DNA from: Octopus vulgaris
Taxonomy: Eukaryota
Length of the DNA stretch: 64,000 nucleotides
NCBI GenBank assembly: GCA_951406725.2
Contig: OX597814.1
Span: 141,608,001-141,672,000 of the forward strand
Direction: 5' to 3'
Shown: positions 29,700 to 43,732 of the stretch, piece by piece
Position numbering within the stretch: position 1 is the first letter of the stretch
Layout: each line of letters starts with the position of its first letter
Made by a program: the position numbers and the translations under genes
Notes under the pieces: model-generated
What the model saw: only the letters and a program-made list of their open reading frames with translations
What the model was told of the DNA's origin: nothing
Databases searched by the model: none

Positions 29700-30770
29700 A
29701 AAGCAAAATCCAAAATTCCGGCAATTGTAGCACAGAAAATGAGGCTTTGTGCACAGGATCGTTTTTCAAGTCTATTAGATTTTCGTATTCTGTTCATGTT
29801 AATGGCAGATGTGTACTGTTGTGTCGTGCGAAAGGTTGATGACCCACCCGTACATTTGATAATCAGACAATAAGCGTAAACCAGTGTCAACGGTGGTTCC
29901 AGAAATTCCGAACCGGAAACTACAGCCTAGGAGACGAGTTTCATCCTGGAAGATCTGTAGAGCTCGATGAGTACCTCCTGCAAACTCTGGTGGAACAAAA
30001 TCTCATTGTAACTGTTGAGAAACTAGCAGAGACGCTTGGATTTGGTTATTCAACCATTCATTGACACCTACGTGCCATCGGAAAAGTCAGCAAATTGAGT
30101 CACTGGGTTCCTCACAAACTTTTCGAGTCTAATCACGCGCAGAAAGTAAATGTGTGTTCTTTGCTGTCACGTTTCCCGAATGAACCTTTTTGGGACTGAA
30201 TAGTGACTGGTGACAAGAAATGGGTTCCTATGAAAATGTCAACAGTGAGTAGGGAAAGAAGAAACGCCGGCACCTCAGGCTAAAGAAGGTCTTCAGTTAC
30301 TTAAGATGTTGTTATCTGTTTGGTGGGATATAAAAAGGTTTAGTTCATGTTGTACTTTTAAAGTCAAACCAAACGATAACAAAGGAGATCTTTGGGCAGC
30401 TTTAGTGGCTTAAGTCAGCGCTAGAAGGAAAATGACCATCTTTGGTCTCAAGACGAAAGTGTTCTTCCGCCAGGATAATTCTCGGTCACATACAGTGAGG
30501 GTGGCATTCCAAAGGCTGGCACAGTTTGAATGGGAAACGATGCCCACCTACCATTTGCCAGACATTGCCTCATCTGAATATCATTTATTCTGCAGTCTTC
30601 AAAATCATTTTGACGGAAAAAATATGAATTTTCTAGACGAGGTCAGAACAATACTGGAGGAATATATTTCGTCACGGATAAGTAAATTTTGGAAGAGGGG
30701 CCTTGCAAGTCTATCAGATAGATGGAAGAGCATTGTAGGAAATGAAGGTGAGTATATTTTAGATTTTGTA
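29700..30770 (+). mobile_element. Decayed mariner (DD34D-type) transposon
   Basis: WVPHKL, IVTGDKKW, FRQDNSRSH, PDIASSEYHLFCSLQ; stops and frameshifts; TIRs not resolved. Confidence 0.85.
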
Positions 30771-31259
30771 TATATATATGTTTTAAATTATATATACATA
30801 CATACGATGGTTTTTTTTTTTCAGTTTCTGTCTACGAAATCCGCTCACAAGGCTTTGGTCAGTCCAAGGTTATAGTAGATGGCACTTTCCCAAGGTACCA
30901 CGCAGTGAGACTGAACCTGAAACCATGTTGTTCGGAAGCAAGCTTCTTCACTATTAATGAATACAGAATGTACCCGTAGTCACATATGCAACAGATATAA
31001 GCGGACATATAGATTACGTATAAGTTTCTTCACGACATTCCACATATATACACATATGCGTGTCTGTGTATTATATATATAAACAGACACTGAATGTGCC
31101 AAAAGTCACGTACAAAATAACAAAAGTTGGGATGCGTGGTGCTCAGTTATTCCATAAATGAAAAATGCATTAAATACTACAAAATGTACTCATAGGACCG
31201 ACACCCAGACCCTAATTCTTCATCAGTTTTCTATCGAAATACTAATAACTATTTTAATC

Positions 31260-31601
31260 AACCACCCGGTTCCGAGTTCAGTCCCACCGCGTGGGAGCTT
31301 GGGCAAGTGTCTTCTACTATAGCCTCGGGCCGACCAAAACCTTGTGAGTGGATTTGGTAGACGGAAATTGAAAGAAGCCCGTCGTATGTATATATATATA
31401 TGTATTTGTTTGTGTGTGTGTGTTTGTCCCCCCATCATCGCTTGACAACCGATGTTGGTGTCTTTACATCCAAGTAAATTAGCGGTTCGGCAAAAGAAAC
31501 AATAGAACAAGTACAAGGCTTTCAAAGAAAAAGTCGAATTGTTCGACTAAAGGCGGTGCTCCAGCATGGCAGCAGTCAAATGACTGAAACAAGTAAAAGA
31601 A
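31260..31601 (+). mobile_element. SINE family A, 5'-truncated
   Basis: B box, core and tail present. Confidence 0.85.
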
Positions 31602-31777
31602 TACACGCACATACATGTGTATATGCACACACACACACACACTCACTACACTCATATATATGCATACATATACATGTAGATATAGATATACATATATATA
31701 TATACATACATACATACATACAGACATACAGACAGACAGACAGACTGACCGACCGACAGACAGATAGACAGACAGAC

Positions 31778-31854
<77 letters not shown>

Positions 31855-31943
31855 TAATTAATAGTATAAAAACCAATAGAGAAGATGGAGATAAGATTAA
31901 TAAAAGTTTATTACGTTGAACAAGACCAGACCTATATGTATAT

Positions 31944-32114
<171 letters not shown>

Positions 32115-32121
32115 TAAATAC

Positions 32122-32157
<36 letters not shown>

Positions 32158-32875
32158 TTATATTTACATATATATAAACAGGTAGATACACCGATACACA
32201 TATACATATGAAAACCACAATGTATCTTATTACAGTAAGTGTTTATCTCATATTATGCTTTTAAACTTCGTTACATTCATTCCTTGTAGCTCTTTTTGTT
32301 TATATTCTGTTGTTTTTTTGTTGTTTTTTTTTCAGTTTCAACAAAGATTTAAAGTGATTAGTAATCAACTGAACTTTGAGATCTTTTAATTCCTCCTCAG
32401 TGACGTCAGTAATTAGATTAGTTTCTGTAAACAGGTTTGGCAATTTTTACCTATCCCGCGTATTATGCTGCAAATACATATAGGTGTGTGTGTGTGAGTG
32501 TGTGTGAATGCATATAGTCTTGTATATGTGTGTGTGTGTGTATTGTGTGTGTTTATTGTATGTGTTTGTGTGAGTGTGTGCGCATGCATACATGCATATA
32601 TATATATAAACATATACATGTATGTATATACACATATATATGTATTTTTGTATATATGCATACAATGTGTATACATATATGTATGTATGTATGTATATAC
32701 ATATATATACGTATGTATGTATATACATATATATATATATACATATATATGTATAAGATGTATACGCACATACAAAGACACACATATATATATACACACA
32801 TACATATATATGATGTACTGTATAGATGCAAGTATGTATGTACTGATGTATATGTAATGAATGTATGCATATATA

Positions 32876-34130
32876 CATGGTGCAGGGAATAAATTGTCGT
32901 CTAAGTTACACAAAAATGGAAATAGCACTGACTTCTCATTTTAACAGATATATTTACTAAAATTACATAAAAATATCTTGAAATACTAATGAGTAAATCT
33001 ATTCAATAAAATCGCAATTGGCTTCAACCACGGCCTACGGATGGCTTCGGTATCTCTTGCAATTCTTCTGGGCGGTCTCCTTGTTTAAGTTGGTCAATTC
33101 TGCCATAATCCTTGCGTTCAGTTCATCTTTGGTGTTACAAGGAGTTTTGTTGGTCTCTCGCTCAACTGCACCCCACACACAATAATCAAAGGGATTGCAG
33201 TCTGGGGAGTTAGGTGACCAGAGGTTATGAGTGATGTGTCTATCAACCATGACTGGGTTCTCCGGCTTGTGTGACATGATGCAGAGTCTTATTGCCAGAC
33301 ATAGGGTCTTCCAGCAGCCACCCTTTTGACCCAGAGTCGCACTACCTCTTCCAGGCACTTGATGTAGGTCTTCGTATTGAGTCTGAGGCTGTGGGAAGAT
33401 GACTTGTGATCATTCCATACACCATGATTTTGAGTGGATGTTTGATTTTTATCACTCTCTGTACATGTTTTGGGGACACGGCAAGCCAACGGTTATTCTG
33501 TAATGTTCAGCATCTGATCCCGGCAGAAATTTTTCTCGTCTGAGAAAAACCAAAGCATGTTCAGTTGGAGGGGATGCTTGAGTTTGTTCAAAAGCTCCGT
33601 AGCGCAGTCTTTACTCTTGTCGTCGATTGCTTAGGATAAAAATTGACCCTTTCTCATCTTGTATGAGGAATGCCGAATGTCATCAAGCACTACCTACCTG
33701 ACAAGAAGCTCAAACAGTCCTATGTCCCTGGCGATAGACCTGATTGACTTGGAAGGATCGTTGTCAAACATGGCCTAGAGCTCATCAAGTTCTTTTCTCA
33801 TCAGAGCGATGAGAATAAGTTTTCCGAGCTATCGTACCTTCGTAATCACCATTAGACTCATCCAACTCTTTCCAAAGTTTCTGCACTATCCTCGCATTGA
33901 CACCCAAGCACTCTGAAATGTTCGTATTGGAGTTTCGGCACGAATGCCAAGCAGTACAGCATGTTGTTTCCAAATTTCTGGCAGAGAGAATTATATCATG
34001 GTGCTGTTTTTCTCACAAACTGTGCCCAATTGACCGTGTTATACTGTATAGTCGACAAAATAAAAGGCAAACAATGCGCATGCGCGAAATTAAAAATATA
34101 AAATTGCGACAATTTACCCATCGCATCCTG
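32876..34130 (-). mobile_element. Decayed full-length Tc1/mariner (maT/rosa-like) transposon
   Basis: WSPNSPDCNPFDYCVWG, WFFSDEK. TIRs CATGGTGCAGGGAATAAATTGTCG / CGACAATTTACCCATCGCATCCTG, flanked by TA. Confidence 0.85.
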
Positions 34131-34161
34131 TATAGATAGATATACACATAAATGTGTGTAT

Positions 34162-34205
<44 letters not shown>

Positions 34206-34215
34206 TTATTTATTT

Positions 34216-34319
34216 ATCACCCGACGAGATACGGCCGCACCGCCGGATGCTCCTGTACCAGTTTTTGTGTGCCCCACAAGAGGAGACGATGCTGGATGTG
34301 TCGAAACAATTGTTGTGAT
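34216..34319 (+). ncRNA. Type I hammerhead motif (CCGACGA core, extended stem II)
   Basis: ATCAC-CCGACGA-GATAC-(~65 nt)-GTGTC-GAAAC-AATT-GTT-GTGAT; palindromic stem III AACAATTGTT. Confidence 0.75.
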
Positions 34320-34743
34320 TAATAATATATTCTCGTTTCCTTTCTTTTTCATTGGATTATTTACTCTTCGCTAAACCATATGACAGTATAATCGTGTGAA
34401 ACTTGAATTTTCTACACTAAAAGTATTCAGGCTTTGGCTTGGATCCCGACAGTAATGATAGCCCAATATTCCGGTTGAGCGCTTCTCTGGAAATACCTCA
34501 AGTTCACAACGAAACTGACCTTAGACATTTGCTCTTTAACAAATAAACACTTCGTATATATATATATATATATAGCAGAAGCAACATAGTGACTCAAGGT
34601 CTGAGACTTTCGTACGTTGGCACTTACCAAATTTAATAAGTGCTAACCCTCGGTTAAGTGTGAGCCACTCCGTTGCTTTTACTAAATATCAATAAAAATA
34701 TTCATATACTCAGATTTTAAGTTGCTCTTCCTGTTTGCATCAC

Positions 34744-34776
<33 letters not shown>

Positions 34777-34952
34777 AAATACATATTCAGTTGAATAAGG
34801 TACTTAATGGTAAGGCACCGGGTTAGGTCAGAATAAAATGCATACACAAGAATCATAGACGAATGCCATCATCGCTAAAGCGTCGATCGTGGAATCACCA
34901 GATAGATATGTGCCATGGATTTTTTAAATGTCCTTGATTGTAAAATTCGTGT

Positions 34953-35037
34953 ATTCATCTGATGAAATCGATTTTTTTATAATACAATGTACACATTGAT
35001 CAATAAAAAAAATTCGTTAGAAACGGCTGTAATGAAT
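34953..35037 (+). ncRNA. Type I hammerhead motif with long AT-rich stem II
   Basis: ATTCAT-CTGATGA-(54-nt hairpin)-GAAAC-GGCT-GTA-ATGAAT. Confidence 0.8.
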
Positions 35038-36499
35038 TGACACCTATCCATCGCTTGTTAGTTTATCCCTCTATCATCCTCTATATTTCTTTTCCCCCAC
35101 TTCCTTCTTTGCTGTTCCCAGTCTGCCTTTCCTTCTTTCTTTCCTTCTTCCTTCTCACTCTCACTGTTTCTCTCCCTCATCCTCTCTCTTGCCCCTTCCC
35201 CTTTTGCCTGTTGCTCACACGTGACTACAGAACATTTTTCTTGTCTCTCTGTCTTTTCTGGATTCGATGGCCAGCCAGCCGGACGTCATTTCTTTCACCT
35301 CTCGATATTTTTTCTCATCTACTATCTATTCTATATCTTTTTAAAATTTCTCCCAGGTGTTACCCATTAAAATTCGTCTTGACCTAACGGCCCTTAATGT
35401 CTCTCTTCATCTATGTTTTCTTACGTATGTCCACTCTAGTATCGTTTGTTCGTTCGAAGCCGTAACCCTCCACAAATTTAATATTTAAAAATTTTCTGGA
35501 TGCTGTTGTCTTATGAAGTTTTCCTGTCTTGTCGTTAAACAGGGAGTAATATCACAGTCGACAAGTGAGGAGGAGTTAGACTTATTTTGATATATTGTCT
35601 CGTACATATCTCTCGTTGTGTGTTTACGCACTTTTCACACGTTGATGCCCTGTTCTTAACATGTATTTTTCTCATTTAGTTTTGTATATATATATATATA
35701 TATATATACATACATATATCCATATATATTCATAGAGGGAGAGGGAGAGAGAGATGGATATAAATAGATAGATAGATAGATACATACATATATACATACT
35801 TACATATACGTACACATACATACATACAACGGGTTTCCGTATAGTTTCCGTCTATCAAATTCACTTACACGGCTTTGCCCGACCTGGGGCTATAGACACT
35901 TGTTGAATGTGCAGTGCAGTAAGACTAAATACGAAACCACGAGGTTGGAAAGCGAGTTTCTTAACGACACAGCTATGCATGCGTCTCTATATTATATGCA
36001 TCTCATCTATTTTTCGATAAAAAAAAAAGCCCCTGTTGATGAATAACAAACTATAGTCTGTGGTTCGATACCATTGACCTCGCTGGTGGATTGGTAGAAT
36101 TAGGGACAAAAGGCTTGCAGGAAGTATTTTGTTTCAGAACCGTTAATTTCCATGTGTAAATCTTCCGAAATTTTTACTCATACACAAAACACCAACACCA
36201 AACACACACACATATACACACAGACCAAAACATCAATACATACACATACACTCACAGACTCGTGCGCAGTATCACATTCCTTCCTCCAATCCCACAAGCA
36301 CACACATACAACAATATACAACCACATACGCATACACAGAAGCAATTACCGCATCCATACAATCATCCAGTCGCACATACGCACACATACGCGTACACAT
36401 ACACGTACAATATCACATACACTAAAAACATCACCACATACAGAAGCACACACTAACTCACGCACAATATCACATACATACCATCACATGCGCACGCAC

Positions 36500-36539
<40 letters not shown>

Positions 36540-36587
36540 ATACGAGTAGGTTATTACATACATAGCTACATCCAATCTCACAAGTAT

Positions 36588-36768
36588 AAGGAGTGGTTGT
36601 GTGGTAAGTAGCTTGCTTACCAACCACATGGTTCCGGGTTCAGTCCCACTGCACTTTGGCACCTTTGGCAAGTTTCTTCTATCAAAGCCTTGTGAGTGGA
36701 TTTGGTGCAGACGGAAACTGAAAGAAGCCGGTCGTATATATGTGTATATATATGTGTATATGTGTGTG

Positions 36769-36819
<51 letters not shown>

Positions 36820-37021
36820 TTGTGTGTCTATGTTTGTCCCCCAACATCGCTTGACAACCGATGCTGGTGTGTTTACGTCCCCGTAACATTAGCGGTTCGG
36901 CAAAAGAGGCCGATAGAATAAGTACTAGGCTTACAAAGAATAAGTCCTGGGGTCGATTTCTTCGACTAAAGGCGGTGCTCCAGCATGGCCGCAGTCAAAT
37001 GACTGAAACAAGTATAAGAGT
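36588..37021 (+). mobile_element. SINE family A
   Basis: Head, body and tail. Confidence 0.9.
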
Positions 37022-37676
37022 AACACACACAAACATACACACAAACACACACTATCACAAGCATACCATTATCGAACACCACAACTACACACACATACAC
37101 ACACATACACTCTCATAACTACGCTATCACTTACATAACATCACCAAATCCTATAATCATGCACACACACAAACAACACATACTACCACATACACACCAT
37201 CACACAAACATACCATCACCAAAGCCATTAGCGCACAGACACCCCTCTACTTACACACGCACAGATTAATAAATACGTTAAATGTGAGCGGTAAAATGCG
37301 ATGGAGTTGGCGGATGATCTGCTTGACGAGAACAGCTATGATCAGTATCAAGTATAAAATTATTCAAATGGCTACATTAGAATGTACTAAGTCATAGACG
37401 TAAAGTAGGGAAGTAATACTCAAGGTGTTGTTTCTGTTGTTGTTGTTGTTGTTGTTGTTGTTATTGTTGCTGTTATCACCGTTCTTTTTATAGCTGTTGA
37501 TGGCGGTGATGTTGTTTTGTTAAGATGGGAAATGGCTGTGCAAGGAATGGTTATTAGAAAATTATACAAATAAGGATAGTCTGCTTCGGTTCCAATGTCG
37601 ATCATAGTAATCAATGGCGTGGGAGCTAAGACTTGCCGATGGATGTTCTTTGATGAGGATTGAAAATGCAATCTAG

Positions 37677-37761
<85 letters not shown>

Positions 37762-37851
37762 CGGGAGAGAGGGATAGAGAGTGCGGGCATGTTTGTGTGT
37801 ATATATGAAAGCACGAATGTATGTATGCATTTATGCATACATGCATATATG

Positions 37852-37882
<31 letters not shown>

Positions 37883-37913
37883 GTGTGTGTGAGTGTGTGT
37901 ATAATGCACACAC

Positions 37914-37952
<39 letters not shown>

Positions 37953-38000
37953 CATGTATGTTTGCATAGATAGATAGATAGACAGATAGATAGATAGATC

Positions 38001-38143
<143 letters not shown>

Positions 38144-38599
38144 GATTGATAGAGTTTTGATACATCAGAAAAACAGGTACTCATATATTAAGTAATAGAG
38201 TGAGTTTGTTATTTAAACTGTATTGCAAATTTAGTCTCACGGCGGCCGATTGATGTTATGGAACAGTTTCGTAGTAAAAAACCGTCCAAGCGGGGAAAAG
38301 TTAATTAGCAATCATCAGCTATGGTTGAAAGAAAAGATGTATATCATTATAAAATTACGTATGATTTAAAAGGCAATTGGTACATTGAGATCGAGCTGTC
38401 TGGTGGTCTTTCTGCATACTAAATTAACACCTTGAGTAATATTTTGGACTTGATAGATGGCCTTGTCAAGTGAAACGATCATTTTGCCAGGTTTTGAATC
38501 AAAGAATATAGACTCTACGCTTGCAACATATATTTGAGTACAAAATTGGAAAGAAATCCTCTTCGACTGAACGAAATTCTACGAATATAATAAGACATA

Positions 38600-38657
<58 letters not shown>

Positions 38658-38718
38658 TATGAATGCCTGCAAGCATAATTACATATATGCACATAAACAT
38701 ACATGCACAAACGTATAT

Positions 38719-39198
38719 AGGCGCTGTCGTCGATGTGTGGTAAAAAGTTTGCTCTCCAGCCACATGGTTCCGTGTTCAATCCCACAGCGTAATACCTTGA
38801 GCAAGTGTCTTTTACTATATCGTCGGGCCAACCAAAGTTTTGTGAATAGATTTGGTAGACGGAAACTGAAAGAAGCCTGTCGTGTAAACACACACACTCA
38901 AACACATATATATAATACTATATTATATTATATCATATATATTATATTATATTATACTATATTTACATGTATGTATATATCTATGCGTATATCTTAGTGT
39001 TTGTCTCGCACCATCTCTTAACTGCCAATGTTGTTTTTTTTTGCGTCTCCATGACTTAGCATTTCGGTAAAAGAGACCGATAGAATACGTACCAAGTTTG
39101 TAAAAATAAGTAATGGAGTCGATTTGTTTCACTAAAACCCTTCAGTGTGGTGCCCCAGCTTGGCCGCAGTCCTATGACCAAAACAAGTACAAGATAAA
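38719..39198 (+). mobile_element. SINE family A, diverged
   Basis: Head, body and tail, with many substitutions. Confidence 0.75.
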
Positions 39199-39220
39199 AA
39201 GACATACATAAAAAAATTAG

Positions 39221-39500
39221 TACTCCGTCGGTTACGACGAGTGTTCCAGTTGATCCGATCGATAGAACAGCCTGTTCGTGAAATTAACGTGCAAATGGCT
39301 GAGCGCTCCACAGACACGTGTACCCTTAACGTAGTTCTCAGGGAGATTCAGCGTGACACAGAATGTGACAAGGCTGGCCCTTTGAATTACAGGCAAAATT
39401 CATTTTTGCCAGCTGAGTGGATTGGAGTAAGATGAAATAAATTGTCTTGTCCAAGGACGCAATGCGCCGCCATTGTGAGTCGTCAATGCGATTGTGAGTC
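39221..39500 (-). mobile_element. Another SINE-like family (C), head decayed
   Basis: Minus-strand CORE-like TCCTTGGACAAGACAATTTATTTCA; similar fragment at 11815-11950. Confidence 0.55.
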
Positions 39501-39626
39501 GGAGTGGAAATAGTGAAGAGTGACAGAATTCAAAATTATCCCAATGATTTGAATTCCAGTGCCAGGCATTTACGACAGTAAGTAATCTTCGCCGAGAAAA
39601 TATTTGGTGTTATCCATGCTATAGAC

Positions 39627-39899
39627 TAGGGGTTCTCAACCGGGGTCCATATGGCCCCTGAGGGTGCACATAATTTTCTTTTTTTGGTTGGGTTCCAACC
39701 TAACAAAATAGTAAATTATGGATCTACGATATTTTTAAGAGTTCCTGGGGAAAAAAAATTGCTTTAGATGTATGTATAGTAGACTGGCATGTTTAGCTGA
39801 ATTACGTTTCTTTGCTGGTAAACGCCACCAGGTAGCGTCGCATCTGACACCTATATATTCCAGTGGTTGTGATTTTCTCTCTCTTTCTCTCTGTCTCTG

Positions 39900-39967
<68 letters not shown>

Positions 39968-40668
39968 CTAAGACGCCAAGAAGATCAGATCTCTTTTTCT
40001 CACTGCTAAGACACCAAGAAACACAAATCTCTCTCTCATTCTCTCTCTCTCAGTCTCTCTCTCTCTCTATTTCTCTCTGTCTGTCTGTCTCTCCCTCTGT
40101 CTCTCCCTCTGTCTCTCCCTCTGTCTCGCTCTCTCCCTTTCTCTCTCTCCCTCTCTTTGCTTCCGCCAGGACAGCATGCACGAGGTACATTATTATTTCT
40201 CTGACCGCATATTCAGCAACGCATACTTGTTATTTACAAAATGTTTTGCTTAAGCTGTGTTGTTAACTCCAGTACTTGCCATGAACTCTCTATGTGAGTA
40301 TTGTATACATTTTGACTAATACACTACGGCTCAATGCTTCCATTCACGACAATAACAAATGCGTTAATGCTAAAATGATGTCTCATTTCCTTATTGCATT
40401 CTTCACACAAAAATTAGTGGTAACATTTTCTTATTTACACCAACCAGTAAACAAGTATTGGTATGAATTGCAAGAAACAGCTAGGTTTCTTTCTCTAACG
40501 TTTTAACATAGTTCAACCTACACGACTTAATGCGTGCAAAACGAAATAGGGATCTTCAAAGAAGTTTCTATAGAACTAGTTTTTAAACATCGGGTGGCTA
40601 TGGGGACCCATCAGAATGAAATAGTAATAAAAGGGGTCATAGATAAAAAGAATGGTTGAGAATTCCTG
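39627..40668. mobile_element. Non-autonomous hAT (Charlie-like) element
   Basis: TIRs TAGGGGTTCTCAACC / GGTTGAGAATTCCTG; exact 8-bp TSD CTATAGAC at 39619-39626 and 40669-40676. Confidence 0.9.
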
Positions 40669-40912
40669 CTATAGACCATCAAATTTGTAGAATAAATAAA
40701 AATCGGACTAAAACAGTGAAGTCTTCTGGGGAGATCGTAAACTACGATCCCCGACGGATGCGATACAAATAAAACTGAGATGGACAAACTGCCGTTACAC
40801 GAACGAGCAGTCACTGTTTGTAAACATGCATACATAAATACACACACACACACAAACACATACGTACGTACATTGTATATATATATATAGATAGACAGAA
40901 AAATAGATAGAT

Positions 40913-41068
40913 AACTTTTTATTGTGGCCACACAGGGCTAAACACAGAATAAAAATGGACGAAATACAATGTAGAGTGTTTTCTTTTCGAGGTGGGATGG
41001 GTGGGACACAAAGAAAAAAAACGTTCGATCAATAGGGATCTGTGGGTTGTGTGGTGTATAAAAATATA

Positions 41069-41117
<49 letters not shown>

Positions 41118-42069
41118 TCACAGTTTAGGTGTAGCCCTGGAAAGAAAAACCTACAAAAAAGACCAAGGTCACCTCGGACAGTTCGAAAATGAACACATGA
41201 TAAGTCGCCTTACCTCTCGTTGTCTCTTTTGGTCACAGATTTACGCTTAAAATAGTGTCGTCTTTCATACTGACCATTTTTGCCACTTTTACCCACTTTT
41301 TATTAAAACATTCGTTCGACAAAGCCTTCCTCTCTATTCTCATCCTCCTTTTCAAGTGGTACTTGAAAAAGTTGACGAGAGACTGACCAGAGAGGAAGGT
41401 GTTTGTTTGCAGTCCTTTCAAACGCATCCACCACACACATTCTTTCGCCATAGCTATCAGCGTAAGGAAAACCGTTTTCCCTTCCCGTTTAAAGGAAGGT
41501 GGTGGAACAATATTCACGATAGACTCGACCGATAAGCGGGCCCGTCCTACACGCGACAACAGCTGTTCGACGAAGGTCCACAGCTCTGAAATATCTGGAC
41601 ACTGCACGAGTGCGTGCAGAACGGTTTCGTCGCTCTGGTTGCATCTCGGGCAGGTCGGTCCGGTGATAGTTTTCGAACCGTGCCTGTAGCTCTTCTCTCG
41701 AACAGGTAGTGCGCCTCGATAGCATTGCCAAGCCAGGAATTTCTGGAAGTTATCCATAGGCCCCGGCCCGAACGTCGTCCTGAACAGGCGGGTTAGGAAT
41801 TTCTCGTCGACGCCCAGGTTTGCCCCGAGTGTGTCGTCGGACCTCCCCTCCACTAGTCCTCTATAGAACGCTTTAGCCGTTTGTAAGTTGCACAAGTTTG
41901 ACCCCGGTCGGCAGAGCTGCTGTAGAGCTTGGCGATACTCTCGGTGCCAATCGCCCAGTTTCGGTCTCTTCCTGATCCACGTTTGCAGTTCGGTCAGTGA
42001 GACGAGCTGCGGGAAGGCGCGCCTCACAAACGGCGCCCACACCTGTTCACCGTCATCGATGAAGTTCCG
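40913..42069 (-). mobile_element. Tx1/L1-clade LINE, 5'-truncated (zf-RVT C-terminus + 3' UTR)
   Basis: WQCYRGALPVR...CPRCNQSDETVLHALVQC. 3' end TTTAGCCCTGTGTGGCCACAATAAAAAG; GATA repeats on both sides. Confidence 0.9.
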
Positions 42070-42163
<94 letters not shown>

Positions 42164-42184
42164 AAGATAGATAGATAGATAGAT

Positions 42185-42243
<59 letters not shown>

Positions 42244-42249
42244 TCCGAT

Positions 42250-42455
42250 ATAGGCAAATCGAAGTTGAAAATAACAAATAACTAAACAACAAAAGTCAGA
42301 AGTCAAAGGAACGTACACATAAAGTGTATTATTTTAACGCTCAGTAAAGGTGGAAAAAAGAGTAGGTGTATAATGTTTCGAGCATGGCTCTTCGTTAGAA
42401 AGAGGAGAATGGAACGGTCTGAGGAATGAAAAAGAAATCCACGAAAAGAACGTGT
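42250..42455 (-). mobile_element. Penelope pLTR-like element with decayed hammerhead
   Basis: CTAACGA-AGAG(ccatg)CTC-GAAAC at 42375-42398; homologous to 51910-52120. Confidence 0.55.
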
Positions 42456-43020
42456 GTTTACTTGGCTCTCTCTCACTCTCTCTCTCTCTCTCTCTCAATC
42501 TTTCTCTCTCTCTCTCACGCACACACAAACACATGGCCGACTGCTGTACTGTTTCCATCGACTAAATTTCACTGACAGGTTATCGATCAATTTGAGGGCA
42601 TATGAAATGAAAAAATGCTTACCGAGGATGTCCTGCGGTGGGATCATATACGAAATTACGTAGTTGCAGAACGAACTCTTTAAGTATATATTCATACTTC
42701 TGTCGATGGAAATATTTTAAACAAGGGTTTATCGCTAGCGTTAAACAAGTTTATTACGAACTTGTATTAAAATCAAATTTGCTTTAACGCATGCCAATTA
42801 GTATTTTGCCAGAACGAGAATCTGCTTGGAATTAAAATAACCTGTTTCTATCAATAGTAAACTCAATTTCTTAAATACAATTTCGGATTTATTCTTGCCA
42901 AAAGAAATCATTTTTGATTGAGTTACGTTATTAAAAAATAAAACGCAAGTCAGAATGTTAACCTTTAAGGATTTTGAAGCAGCAACACTGGCAACTAAAA
43001 AGATATTAAACATAACGCCA

Positions 43021-43125
43021 TCAAGAGCCCCTCCGTGACATACACGTAGGGTTTTCGGTCTTGATGATAAAAGATTGGAATCTTAAGAAGCTGACAAGTC
43101 TCGTAGAGAGTATTTGATGTACGTT
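43021..43125 (-). CDS. Possible terminal coding exon of an unknown host gene
   Basis: Acceptor tgacttttatgttctctattcaaAG. Phase-0 frame NVHQILSTRLVSFLRFQSFIIKTENPTCMSRRGS* is compatible with the upstream exon. Confidence 0.3.
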   Translation of the reverse strand, partial: NVHQILSTRLVSFLRFQSFIIKTENPTCMSRRGS

Positions 43126-43562
43126 CTTTGAATAGAGAACATAAAAGTCAAGTAAAGTAACTTCAGTTGACTGACATTTTTGCTGTGGTTACTGTGCATG
43201 TTTATATCTATTTAACATATAACCATACTGCAAGCATTTAAATGCACGCATGTATGCATGCTTGCATGCGTGCGTGCATGTATGTGCATTTGTATGTGCA
43301 TTTGTATGTATGTATGTATGTATGTATTTATGTGCAATTGTATGTTTAGAGTGATTGGGAGGTAAATCTATATAACCTGACAATTAAAGAATAAACATAT
43401 ATTGGCATTATTAATATCTTAATCCCTTTCCAACCAAATTTCAAACTATGCATCACGCCATTCAGTTTTCTATTTCTGTCTAACGTTTCGTTTTGTCAAT
43501 CTAGATTTGTCAAAGTTTGTATCTGGAAGTTCTATAAATCTTCTTCATGTATAAAGACTCAC

Positions 43563-43732
43563 AACTGGCTGAATCAATAAGGTACTGGGCAACCTGACAT
43601 GATGTCGTTCAAGCGTTCTTATCCCTACTCCACCAACAGACATTGAGTCTAAATCCATGGTGGAGACGTTTAACAAGTAATGTTGCAGTCTATGTAACCG
43701 TAAATAGACATATGAAAGGTCGGAGCAGCTCA
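43563..43732 (-). CDS. Possible internal coding exon (170 nt) of an unknown host gene
   Basis: Acceptor ttctttacaacAG, donor GTT|GTGAGT, open frame SCSDLSYVYLRLHRLQHYLLNVSTMDLDS...LLIQPV in non-repetitive-looking DNA. Confidence 0.4.

Noticed and set aside
37420-37655. Minus-strand frame NIHRQVLAPTP... as an alternative terminal exon
   Set aside because: Only superficial similarity to NVHQIL, weak acceptor, and it runs into an AAC microsatellite.
41233-42318. 361-aa ORF as a host gene
   Set aside because: The N-terminus is (TATC)n read-through fused by chance to a Tx1 ORF2 C-terminus.
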